IMG/VR virus record: IMGVR_UViG_3300020404_000637
Location: 1 to 28,297 of that record
Direction: 5' to 3' (one strand)
Source of the DNA: a virus
Lineage: Duplodnaviria > Caudoviricetes
DNA: 28,297 nucleotides
Part shown: in pieces, positions 19,301 to 25,688 of the stretch
How positions within the stretch are numbered: position 1 is the first letter of the stretch
How the letters are laid out: the number at the start of each line of letters is the position of its first letter
Notes under the pieces: generated by a model
Seen by the model: only the letters and a program-made list of their open reading frames with translations
Databases searched by the model: none
Told to the model about the DNA's origin: nothing
Program-made: the position numbers and the translations under genes

Positions 19301-21496
19301 TTCAACTTGTGTTGTACATACTGCAGAAGTCACTCCAGTAGTATGTCCATCCTGTACAATAGACAAAGTAGGTGGATTGACTATATCATATCCTGAACCT
19401 TGATTCAATACTTCTACAGAAAGTAGAGGACCATGATAAACTTTATCAGTTGATTTATATGAATATGCTTCTACACCATTAGCAAATAATCCTACTGATC
19501 CTTGAACGGTATTTGTCTTTGTATCTCCAAACTCAGGTTTCTTGAATCTTCTAAGAATCTTCTGTGCACCAAGATCAGTGCCATAAACGACCTGTGGGGT
19601 CAATGTATGAGTTGATACACCTATTATATCATCAGCGTCAAATACGTTGATAAACTTCCCTCTACGAACGTTATCTGGAGAGTATGCTAAAGACAGGGTA
19701 TTGATGTCATGTGATTTGACATAGTATGGAACATTATCATCTAAATTCGATAAAGTTCCTATACCTGAAACATACGAATATACAACTAAGTCACCATCAT
19801 TGAGATTATGATTAGGTGATGTTAGTTTAGTTGTAGTTGCTGCAACACCAATATTATTGAATGTTCTTATTCGTTTCTGTGGATCAATATCCCAATGAGG
19901 TAAACTGTTAGATGCGACATATACCTCGTCACCATTAGAATAACTGTTTTGTACATCAGCAGTAAACCCAAGTTGGGTTTTTATATTTCTTCTGATAAAA
20001 TATGTTTCATTAGGATTTAAAACAACAGTACTAACTTCTATCTCGTTATCTGATATAATATCTGTGATGGTACCTGCTGACACTGCATCATTAAGATCTA
20101 CAACGTCAATCTTGTCACCAGCAAATAAATCATGTGGTTGGTTTAGTGTAAATCTATAATTGCCAGGTGCAATAGTATTGATTCCACGAAGACCATACTT
20201 AGATGCAGTGTTATGAATAAAGGTTGTCCATCTAGGATCTTTTTGTTTCTTACCTAAACTCTTTACATTGATACTACTCTCTTCTTGTTGATTTATAGCT
20301 GTTCCAACAAAATTATTAAGAACACCTAAGACATTTAGATTTACTCTCTTAGTAAGATCACCGTTCGCATATGAATATGCAAATAGACCAGCAGTTACAG
20401 TTGATCCTATACCACAAGGTGATGTTATACTAGAAACACCTAAGAACTGTGTATAATTCTTGTCAGTGTAAGTAAATGTTCTATCCTCAAAACTTAGTGT
20501 GCCACTGTCTTCAAATCCAACAGTAGAGTCAACATTGAGAATATTTCCTGATGCAGGTGTGCTCTTTGTTAGGAAGGTTTTACCTGCTTGCTCAAATTTA
20601 CCAATAGTTGTTCCTTTAGATAAAGCAACCTTATAATATTTTTTTCCACCAATAAGACAAAGTTCTACACTGTAGATAGATCCACTAGTTTGTATAGGTG
20701 TAGTGTCCTGTATTAGACTCTGACCTTCAATTAGTAATGGATCACCACTTACTACATCACATACTAAAACATCATTTACAATATAATCCGCATCTGATGG
20801 TCTTACTAAAAACTTAGATGGTTGAATCATCTCAACTGGTTCACCATACAGTGCACCAAATAATATCTTGAATGCTTCTTCTGTACCTTTAGACTTATAG
20901 AAATCTTTTGCTTGTCTAATGAAGTTAGACTGGTTCAACTCCTCGTTTAGAGGTCTCTCAGAGAAACCTGGTAAGAATTGTACCTTGAGTTTCTTTAGAA
21001 ACTCCTTTAGAAATATATTACTAAGATTTGTTACCCTTGATTCTGTTTGATGTGTTCCAATACCTGTTCTAGTAAATGTAAGGTATTCTGGAGCATTAGT
21101 CCTACTATTTTTCTCTATACCACTAAAACCCCTAACACAACCTGTGAAAGAAGTAGATGTAATACCAGTATAAGTTATTATCTCATCATTTATCTTTAGT
21201 AGACCCCATTGCCTAGGCCAACCTTTCGTAGAATCAACATTTATCGTATCAACAAAACCATTTGCATAAGAAGTCGTGGATGTAAATCCAATCAACATCT
21301 CATTATTAAGAAAATCAAGACTCTTATACTCAACAAGATTATCAGCAATATCAACTGCACCGCCTTGAAACTCTTGAGAATAATAGTATTGTTTTAGAAA
21401 TTCACCAAAGAAAGGATTTTCAGAATCAATATACTGAGGTATTTGACTCTGAATTATTTCGTTGATCTTAACTTTTGTAAATGATGTTGTGATCAT
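13307..21496 (-). CDS. gp7: Baseplate wedge initiator gp7-like giant protein
   Basis: 2729 aa directly after gp6. Contains QIPQYI...FLKQYY, IRQAKDFYKSKGTEEAFKILFGALYG and RVQDNDYYQNFAYSLKS...SLAHIAGFKKHSDL (baseplate gp7/gpI-like motifs), a degenerate YHYH-type segment and many G.GY repeats. Confidence 0.8.
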   Translation of the reverse strand: MITTSFTKVKINEIIQSQIPQYIDSENPFFGEFLKQYYYSQEFQGGAVDIADNLVEYKSLDFLNNEMLIGFTSTTSYANGFVDTINVDSTKGWPRQWGLLKINDEIITYTGITSTSFTGCVRGFSGIEKNSRTNAPEYLTFTRTGIGTHQTESRVTNLSNIFLKEFLKKLKVQFLPGFSERPLNEELNQSNFIRQAKDFYKSKGTEEAFKILFGALYGEPVEMIQPSKFLVRPSDADYIVNDVLVCDVVSGDPLLIEGQSLIQDTTPIQTSGSIYSVELCLIGGKKYYKVALSKGTTIGKFEQAGKTFLTKSTPASGNILNVDSTVGFEDSGTLSFEDRTFTYTDKNYTQFLGVSSITSPCGIGSTVTAGLFAYSYANGDLTKRVNLNVLGVLNNFVGTAINQQEESSINVKSLGKKQKDPRWTTFIHNTASKYGLRGINTIAPGNYRFTLNQPHDLFAGDKIDVVDLNDAVSAGTITDIISDNEIEVSTVVLNPNETYFIRRNIKTQLGFTADVQNSYSNGDEVYVASNSLPHWDIDPQKRIRTFNNIGVAATTTKLTSPNHNLNDGDLVVYSYVSGIGTLSNLDDNVPYYVKSHDINTLSLAYSPDNVRRGKFINVFDADDIIGVSTHTLTPQVVYGTDLGAQKILRRFKKPEFGDTKTNTVQGSVGLFANGVEAYSYKSTDKVYHGPLLSVEVLNQGSGYDIVNPPTLSIVQDGHTTGVTSAVCTTQVEGTITEVLVDSKGLDYEEIPNVNFIGGNSKDVIIEAKMKIQPQEVEFDSTSSGGVVNTHTDRCVFTTPHGFKNGEKIIYSSGGTTEIGIGITPGNLVDSAPYFVIKLDDFSIHLAETEASALAGINSVPFTSNGGGIQKFTTTDRRQIVDKVLVVNGGTVKNRSLTIPSSAINHHIDTINIPSHGFDSGEIVKYSAASAAGNLTNNTEYFVNKVDDDSFRLSTKKDLSDLVTIANSGAGNHTFQDPPISIEIDGRQGITTSAASATPIIRGNIIGVHVESGGTGYGSTVINDKLVPTVDIVIGKDAYLQPLISNGQIDQIVLKNGGENFFSTPDIIITGDGTGAKAKAIIAGGKITGINMIDKGIGYTQGGTTCVARTPGKDSIFSSKIKTWTVNQVERYAKFGDVKDDDGFYEIAKDNGNPYVNYYVPRKLRDFKGDVGLTHSPILGYAYDGNPIYGPYAIVDGSLKYIKSSYRRLSGARSDGPSISKFPAGFFVEDFTYSEGFGDLDEHNGRFAATPEYPNGVYAYYTTVNANVTSNPSDPFNGVRKPEFPYIVGDSYHSKLDEYNIDEDTNQKLDPIMLGLVRNTNSYNIPEYEFVSNGSKNTLINARVLGISDGSIEKVNIIDGGNNYNVGDKLVFDNTDTDGFGAIGDVVEVVAPKIDSFSTQITTFNDVVLTTEGGGGRVTGFTTTPHGISNQSFVKISGISTDTHTGLQAITRIQSKDVRTGLGVTMDAVGATTSILLSEYLPDVTKAKKFEIDDIVLINSEQLKIFGFDIFNNKLQLLRAQNGTVAAAHTFGSNIVRLEKEFTYDLQNKFEGDTVKDIVTYFDAANDVGIGLTFGPGIAHTITVRSQAKNIPTRSIFIPNQFRQGERLTYSPGAGTSLTYQTPAMKDVSAGFKAPLPSEVFVQVLTNDTIGIVTTQSGIGSDLQRVMFDTNTGIGNTHFFKTNRGAITGTIEMVGVAVTTKENHTLRPDDVIDLTVVSSATSAVTMTYNSVTRFVSIGSSVNPPLNVTIGDTLEFDTSSNTLADKKLEFFLDQDYQKQFVGSGVSAIEVTTPIQPGITGGKTRVHFTEQVPSVLYYKLSTIQGTDVIEINKDIVDYSKIIVNTSKYTGRHSITSVTANTYEFNIFDKPERVGYTSISQLTCRTTSKNVTGAVGKVRLTSGGVSYEDLPNISVASTTGSSASFSSFGSNIGALSNVRILDFGYDYPSDKTLRPEAEVSQVVFLKDNFAVDSVAITSTGKKYITPPNLVVYNSKTNTTSEDAKFSVELNGGAVGSVKIITRGGNLASGDSELFAVDNSNGVGIVSATYSAPNVTLKLQTPLTGFTTTNPLPFAVGDKVFVENVGVSSGLGFNSADHEYKSFVLTGVNTAFGQIDSATLTYAVDNDPGFHDFQKFGSVSNDRDIAKFKLNLREGQFLDGEPLTDDVNVITGNGKKLSVLRVSSLVGLNTGDKVRGRYSLAGGTIESMDDYGGHFEVDSTIEKRFGWEKDTGKLSEFYQRVQDNDYYQNFAYSLKSFVGISSWSEPVDSLAHIAGFKKHSDLLINSEPVGAGASVQVGTSTATDNVVLINSYSDIDCKHHHDLVHENTDSLQSLSNEIVFNSFRAGDSILCRSNRVLEIDDISPDFYNDPDLIQTIEIDQFDMGTVTAIKYYAQVVLDTSLGISYNITQYSEFVVSHDGTIGFMNTYSEVSDAFDLGEFSASANGGVCSVNFTPFNNVYTYDITFYKEVMGDAVGTGLTSHGNLKKVGVTSAIPSSASPATKSVLDIDSTKFKSGSITVAAKITGEKEIDEYTFLVDGANNLQYTNFGTMDAGTDCGTFLPTVTSNVLKLNFTAPANKAVTVSTLTSVVGVATTVAGTGIPLTGIEVGDAKLDGNKTTIVATGSPVANIISSKSFNSYTSARYHVEIHNTTDDKYSVFIVASNCYAGNSNYSKYNNLSTADDPKRDIRATDMLVAGTSSQLRFTPLANKAYVVRVSEIIIDKPDAIASNVTFTI

Positions 21497-23670
21497 TAGT
21501 ATCCGTATCCACTACTGCTGCTTGAGGAAGATGATGAAGAAGATGTCGATGATGATGATGATGATGATGTTGTTGATGACATCGTTGATGAACTATCTAT
21601 CGGAGTTGACGAGAAGGTTCCTCCCAAACTTTGCTCAAGTGTGTCGTAAATAACATCATGTGGTGTTGATACGTGAACAGCACCAACCATTTTTTTACCT
21701 GTATTTGGATGAAAGTGGAATGCACCGTAGTAAGGTTGTCCATTTACATATCCAACCAGTGTGCCACTAGATGTGCTTGTTATAATATCACCTCTTACTT
21801 TTGTACCGTTACTGTAACTAGATTGAATATTGAATCTAGTACCAGATGTATTAGCACCCGAAGCGATAGAGTCTTCTCTCATAAAGAAATTGCTATTAGC
21901 AACAGAAAATTGTAAATACAACTCTTTTCTTCCAAGAACATCATTTGATTCAGGTATTGCTTGAACTTCAACAATGTTATTTGGTTTTAAGGTGCTGGTT
22001 ATATTAGCAGTATTGATAAGGACTTCACCCTTTTTATAATCAACAGTTCCAAAGGTATTTGAAAGTACCTTTGCTGTGTTATCAGCTTGAAGACTGAATA
22101 AGAATATGTTACCCTTATCTGTTCCCTCTATACGTTTATCAGAGAAATAAACAGTATCAGATATACCGCTTACAGTAAATCCAGTAGATTTGATGTTATA
22201 AGAATCTGCTCCTATATGGAATTCATTCTCATAACATATTTCATATTGTGTAAATTGATTGATCTTTGCAAATAAATCTTTCCTCATTCTTACAGTAGTA
22301 ATGTTTGAGGTGATTGTAGTGCTTACATTATCAATAAGTGAAAGAACTTTACTGTATTTGAATCTGCCACCAAATTTATTCAATTCAGGTCCAGATGCAA
22401 ACGATGTTAATGAATTGATAACATCAGTTTTCATATTCTCAGGATCTCCTACAAAGTTTGCATTGTAGTAGACGTAACTATCAATTTCTACATATAAGAA
22501 CTTCAAGTCAACCATAGTAGGTAGAATACCTGCTACTGAATAGTTCTTTAGAGAACTAAGTATTTGTTTCTTAGTGAAATCAGATAAGAATGATCCATTC
22601 TTAGGTTTAGCAGCAATGTAAACCTGACCATACCTAGGAGGAGTGAGTTCCTCACCACCAAAAGCACTTATAGATTCTATATTGGGATATACAGAAGGTA
22701 CAATTGCTTCGTAATCACTTGCAGTAACTGCTCTATGTTGTGTTGAGTATAACCTAGGAGCATAGTATCTAATACTCTGCAAATTCTCTATATCGTCACC
22801 ATTTTCACTAACATAGTTGGGAATGATGGTTGCAGTAAAATCGCTTATTGTTGCATCGTTCTCATCAGACAATGTACCAGTAAATGATAGACGTGAGACA
22901 CCATTACCATCCTTTCCGTTAGTCTTGATGTATGTAACATCAACAACATTACCATTGGTTAGTTTTTTACCGAATATACCATCACCAAATAAGACTTCAT
23001 ATTTCTCATCAGTTGTTTCCTGAATCAAATAGATCTTAGATGTAGACGTAATACCAAGTATATTATCAACTAACGCATATTCTTCAATTGTTGTGCTTGA
23101 GGCATTTTCTCTTACGTTGACACGTATAGTTGAGGTATCAATACCATCGTTAGGTAAAATGAACCTCTGATTCGGTTTAGATTCATCGATAACAAATGTA
23201 TTGGACAAAAATTGTCCTTGAAATACCCTAAGGATACCTTGTGCTTCACCATTAAGTGCAGTTCCAGTAACCTGTTCGGGTATAGAAAAGACGTAGTTTA
23301 TATTGTCAACATTACCATTACCAATAATACCTGGTTCAAATTTTAGAACAGTGGTGTCTGCAGGTAAATCAGATATGTTATAACTGACATCTGTTATTGC
23401 TGCTCTTCTTGACCTAGGAACATATCCTATATTTCTTGCTAATGATACTACATTCTCTCTCAAAGTTGCACTGTCAATGAAAGTCTCATTGACAACCATG
23501 TTGGTGTTGTATGCTGTACTATATGAGTTGTATGCTAATAGATTGATCAATACGGACAGATTAGATCCCTCAAAGTCCATATCAGTGAAATTAGAGTTTT
23601 CTCTGATATAATCTTTGATGGAACTTTTTATATCCTCAAAATTTAAGTTTGTAAATTGTTGCAGTGCCAT
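21496..23670 (-). CDS. gp6: Baseplate wedge subunit gp6 with C-terminal extension
   Basis: 724 aa with FTNLNFEDIKSSIKDY, FTDMDFEGSNLSVLINLLAYN, FIDSATLRENVVSLARNIGYVPRS, YEVLFGDGIFGKKL and QHRAVTASDY. Confidence 0.93.
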   Translation of the reverse strand: MALQQFTNLNFEDIKSSIKDYIRENSNFTDMDFEGSNLSVLINLLAYNSYSTAYNTNMVVNETFIDSATLRENVVSLARNIGYVPRSRRAAITDVSYNISDLPADTTVLKFEPGIIGNGNVDNINYVFSIPEQVTGTALNGEAQGILRVFQGQFLSNTFVIDESKPNQRFILPNDGIDTSTIRVNVRENASSTTIEEYALVDNILGITSTSKIYLIQETTDEKYEVLFGDGIFGKKLTNGNVVDVTYIKTNGKDGNGVSRLSFTGTLSDENDATISDFTATIIPNYVSENGDDIENLQSIRYYAPRLYSTQHRAVTASDYEAIVPSVYPNIESISAFGGEELTPPRYGQVYIAAKPKNGSFLSDFTKKQILSSLKNYSVAGILPTMVDLKFLYVEIDSYVYYNANFVGDPENMKTDVINSLTSFASGPELNKFGGRFKYSKVLSLIDNVSTTITSNITTVRMRKDLFAKINQFTQYEICYENEFHIGADSYNIKSTGFTVSGISDTVYFSDKRIEGTDKGNIFLFSLQADNTAKVLSNTFGTVDYKKGEVLINTANITSTLKPNNIVEVQAIPESNDVLGRKELYLQFSVANSNFFMREDSIASGANTSGTRFNIQSSYSNGTKVRGDIITSTSSGTLVGYVNGQPYYGAFHFHPNTGKKMVGAVHVSTPHDVIYDTLEQSLGGTFSSTPIDSSSTMSSTTSSSSSSSTSSSSSSSSSSSGYGY
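21515..21600. repeat. Low-complexity poly-Ser coding tract including (GAT)7 at 21548-21568
   Basis: Read directly. It encodes SSSTMSSTTSSSSSSSTSSSSSSSSSSS just before the terminal GYGY of gp6. Confidence 0.9.
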
Positions 23671-24074
23671 TATAATCTTGTTGGTTCGAGTATAAAGTTG
23701 ACGGTTTGTGTTGGTGACGATAAACCAACAATATCGTATTCTATGCTTATATCCAAAGCATTATCATCAGGAGTTGCCTGAACACCTATTCCTGTCAATC
23801 TGACTCTGGGTTCATGGTTAGTGATAGTTAGTTCTATCTCTGTTCTTATAGGATCTACAAAATCTGAGGTTGCAAGTTCAAATAAAGAACCCTCAATCCT
23901 AGTACCAATCAACCTATTGAAGAATATTTCACCTATCTGTATGCGTACCAAATTTTGCACAGCCCGCTTTATAGCGTCCTCATTTTTCAAGACAAGTATA
24001 TCGTTAGTAACAGGATGTCTTTTGAAGGATAAAGAAATATCCTTAAAACCCCTTGAAAATGTTTGTGCTGGCAC
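23670..24074 (-). CDS. gp25: Baseplate wedge subunit gp25
   Basis: 134 aa, GTG start. Contains FKDISLSFKRHPVTNDI..LKNEDAIKRAVQNLV...GEIFFN..IG and ITNHEPRV. TAATG-coupled to gp6. Confidence 0.92.
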   Translation of the reverse strand: MPAQTFSRGFKDISLSFKRHPVTNDILVLKNEDAIKRAVQNLVRIQIGEIFFNRLIGTRIEGSLFELATSDFVDPIRTEIELTITNHEPRVRLTGIGVQATPDDNALDISIEYDIVGLSSPTQTVNFILEPTRL

Positions 24075-24094
24075 CAGTTTCCAGAATCTTGGTA

Positions 24095-24109
24095 TATTTA
24101 TTATTTATT
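24095..24109 (-). promoter_or_regulatory. Tandem overlapping late promoter boxes AATAAATAATAAATA at the head of the baseplate operon
   Basis: Two AATAAATA copies (24095-24102 and 24102-24109), 21-35 nt upstream of the gp25 start. Confidence 0.7.
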
Positions 24110-24116
24110 GCTGAAT

Positions 24117-24302
24117 TTAATAGTCATCTTCATGACCGAGATACTTTACTTCTACGGTATCTGGATGAGGGTAACCACTGGAGTAAAATTCATCTGCTAG
24201 TTCTTGAGTGATATCTAGCATCTCATCTTCATCTATTCCTTCTCTAATGATTACTCCCTCAACGTAGATATTATACAAATCGTGCATCGTTGAGATAGAC
24301 AT
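24117..24302 (-). CDS. Small acidic hypothetical protein (cyanophage-type)
   Basis: 61 aa, very acidic (YNIYVEG...DEDEMLDITQELADEFYSSGYP). Fills the gap between the GT-like gene and gp25. The true start could be the second Met. Confidence 0.7.
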   Translation of the reverse strand: MSISTMHDLYNIYVEGVIIREGIDEDEMLDITQELADEFYSSGYPHPDTVEVKYLGHEDDY

Positions 24303-24313
24303 TTTTTATCTAT

Positions 24314-25066
24314 CTATAAAATCCTTGTCTTTTCGTGTCCTACTCTTGCTTTAGGGTCACACCATATTTCATAACCTGCTTTTATTGCATCTAAACAGAA
24401 TGATACATCTTCCCCACACATATCTTGAACTTCTCCTGATTCAAATACTTGCATTTGAGGAGCAAACCAAGGATACTTCATATCAGCATGTTCAAAGACT
24501 CCGTGCTTGATAAGTAACCAACCAAATCCAGCATAGTCAACAGTAAATGGTTTACGTCTCTTAGTGATACCATCTAACATCTCATGGTTCATTACACCGC
24601 CATTTTCTTTGAAATCACCTTCTTCTAACCAATGTGCTACTGATGATGTATTACCATCTTCGGTTACATACCATCCAGAAGCAATATCCTTATCCATACA
24701 AACGAGACGGTAGAACTGGTCAATACCAAAAACTATATCGCTATCAATCCATAATTGATAATCATACTTCAACTTACCATCCCATGGCAACTGATCAGGA
24801 CCTCTGAGAACATTTGCTCCTAAACACTTACATCGAGCAAAGTTCACCATTGAACTGTAGTCTTGTGATATCTGTATACTTGCTCCTTGTTGTACCAACT
24901 CAAAACAGAGTGATACGAAATTCTTGAGATATGTGTATGATACTCCTCTACCTGGTAAGCAAAAGACTATGCTTTTGCCTTTGATCATTGCTCTTCCTTT
25001 TTCTAAAGAGTAATCATCTTTATCTGCAGTTGGTGATTTAGAAACCACCTTAAATCCTTTTGCCAT
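24314..25066 (-). CDS. Glycosyltransferase-like protein (GT-A fold), conserved in cyanomyoviruses
   Basis: 250 aa with IVFCLPG, VNFARCKCL, a DxD motif (LWIDSDIVF), GFGWLLIK..VFE, GEDVSFC and IWCDP..RVGHEK. This is the GT2-like motif series. Confidence 0.8.
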   Translation of the reverse strand: MAKGFKVVSKSPTADKDDYSLEKGRAMIKGKSIVFCLPGRGVSYTYLKNFVSLCFELVQQGASIQISQDYSSMVNFARCKCLGANVLRGPDQLPWDGKLKYDYQLWIDSDIVFGIDQFYRLVCMDKDIASGWYVTEDGNTSSVAHWLEEGDFKENGGVMNHEMLDGITKRRKPFTVDYAGFGWLLIKHGVFEHADMKYPWFAPQMQVFESGEVQDMCGEDVSFCLDAIKAGYEIWCDPKARVGHEKTRIL

Positions 25067-25087
25067 AACTAAGTGTCAGTCATATAC

Positions 25088-25117
25088 ATTATAACAGATT
25101 ATATAGGTAGTCTGCAA
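25088..25117 (-). promoter_or_regulatory. Possible host sigma70-type promoter: TTGCAG-18 bp-TATAAT with extended -10 (TGtTATAAT)
   Basis: The minus strand reads ttgcagactacctatataatctgtTATAAT, ending 21 nt upstream of the GT-like ATG. The AT-rich context lowers specificity. Confidence 0.45.
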
Positions 25118-25688
25118 CCTTCTTATGTCCAAGTTGTGATAAGTGACCTCTAGGTCTCCAATTTTCATTTTTACCCCAAAAACCACGTTTTCCTTTTCCT
25201 ATTATTTTCTTGATACGATGTAATTTACAATCAGTCATATCATAGTAAAATGAATCACCTTCTTTCCATCCTCTTGGTTCTACACTCCAATGTATTACTT
25301 TTATATCTTTCATCCTACAATATGAATCAACAAGTAATATATTCTTCCACATGTTCTCGTCATCTAATCTACAATTTTGAAATTTTGTATAAAATGTTAC
25401 TGCTAGTGGTTTAGTTACTGCATAACCATCCTTGTATACTTGAGGTATGATACCTTCTACTTTACCTGATTTGTAAATATGCTCTCTTCTATTCTTAAAT
25501 GTCCATTGCACTATCACTTGGTCAACATCATGATCCTGTAGATGCATCAATGTTCTTCTGGCAATATTATCATTACTAGCAGCACATTTAGCAATATTTG
25601 TTGCTCCTAGTATTTCAGCATAAGTTTGTTCTCCTTCCTTTAGTTCATCACCCCAAGTGAAGGAACACCCATTACATAACAGTGACAT
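25089..25688 (-). CDS. SGNH/GDSL hydrolase-like protein (putative esterase or acyltransferase)
   Basis: Block I-like LCNGCSFTWGD, then NIAKCAASNDNIAR, VIVQWT...RRE, and C-terminal GHLSQLGHKKVADYL. The ATG at 25688 (MSLLCNG) is preferred over the track start at 25715 because it gives a smaller overlap. Confidence 0.7.
   Translation of the reverse strand: MSLLCNGCSFTWGDELKEGEQTYAEILGATNIAKCAASNDNIARRTLMHLQDHDVDQVIVQWTFKNRREHIYKSGKVEGIIPQVYKDGYAVTKPLAVTFYTKFQNCRLDDENMWKNILLVDSYCRMKDIKVIHWSVEPRGWKEGDSFYYDMTDCKLHRIKKIIGKGKRGFWGKNENWRPRGHLSQLGHKKVADYLYNLL

Noticed and set aside
1549-21496. Inteins, introns or homing endonucleases in the giant ORFs
   Set aside because: No Hint (C...HN), LAGLIDADG, HNH or GIY-YIG motifs were seen, and the frames are uninterrupted.
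21462-21653. Plus-strand ORF with a poly-Met run
   Set aside because: It is the antisense reading of the (TCA)n poly-Ser tract of gp6.
1263-24114. Numerous plus-strand ORFs of 60-155 aa (for example 2030-2413, 13605-14072, 15231-15671, 23821-24114)
   Set aside because: They are antisense shadows of long minus-strand genes, caused by codon bias. They have no recognisable motifs and mostly non-ATG starts.
24311-24318. TATAGATA as a late promoter for the 61-aa ORF
   Set aside because: It has a mismatch in the conserved core and lies in an AT-rich context, so the support is insufficient.
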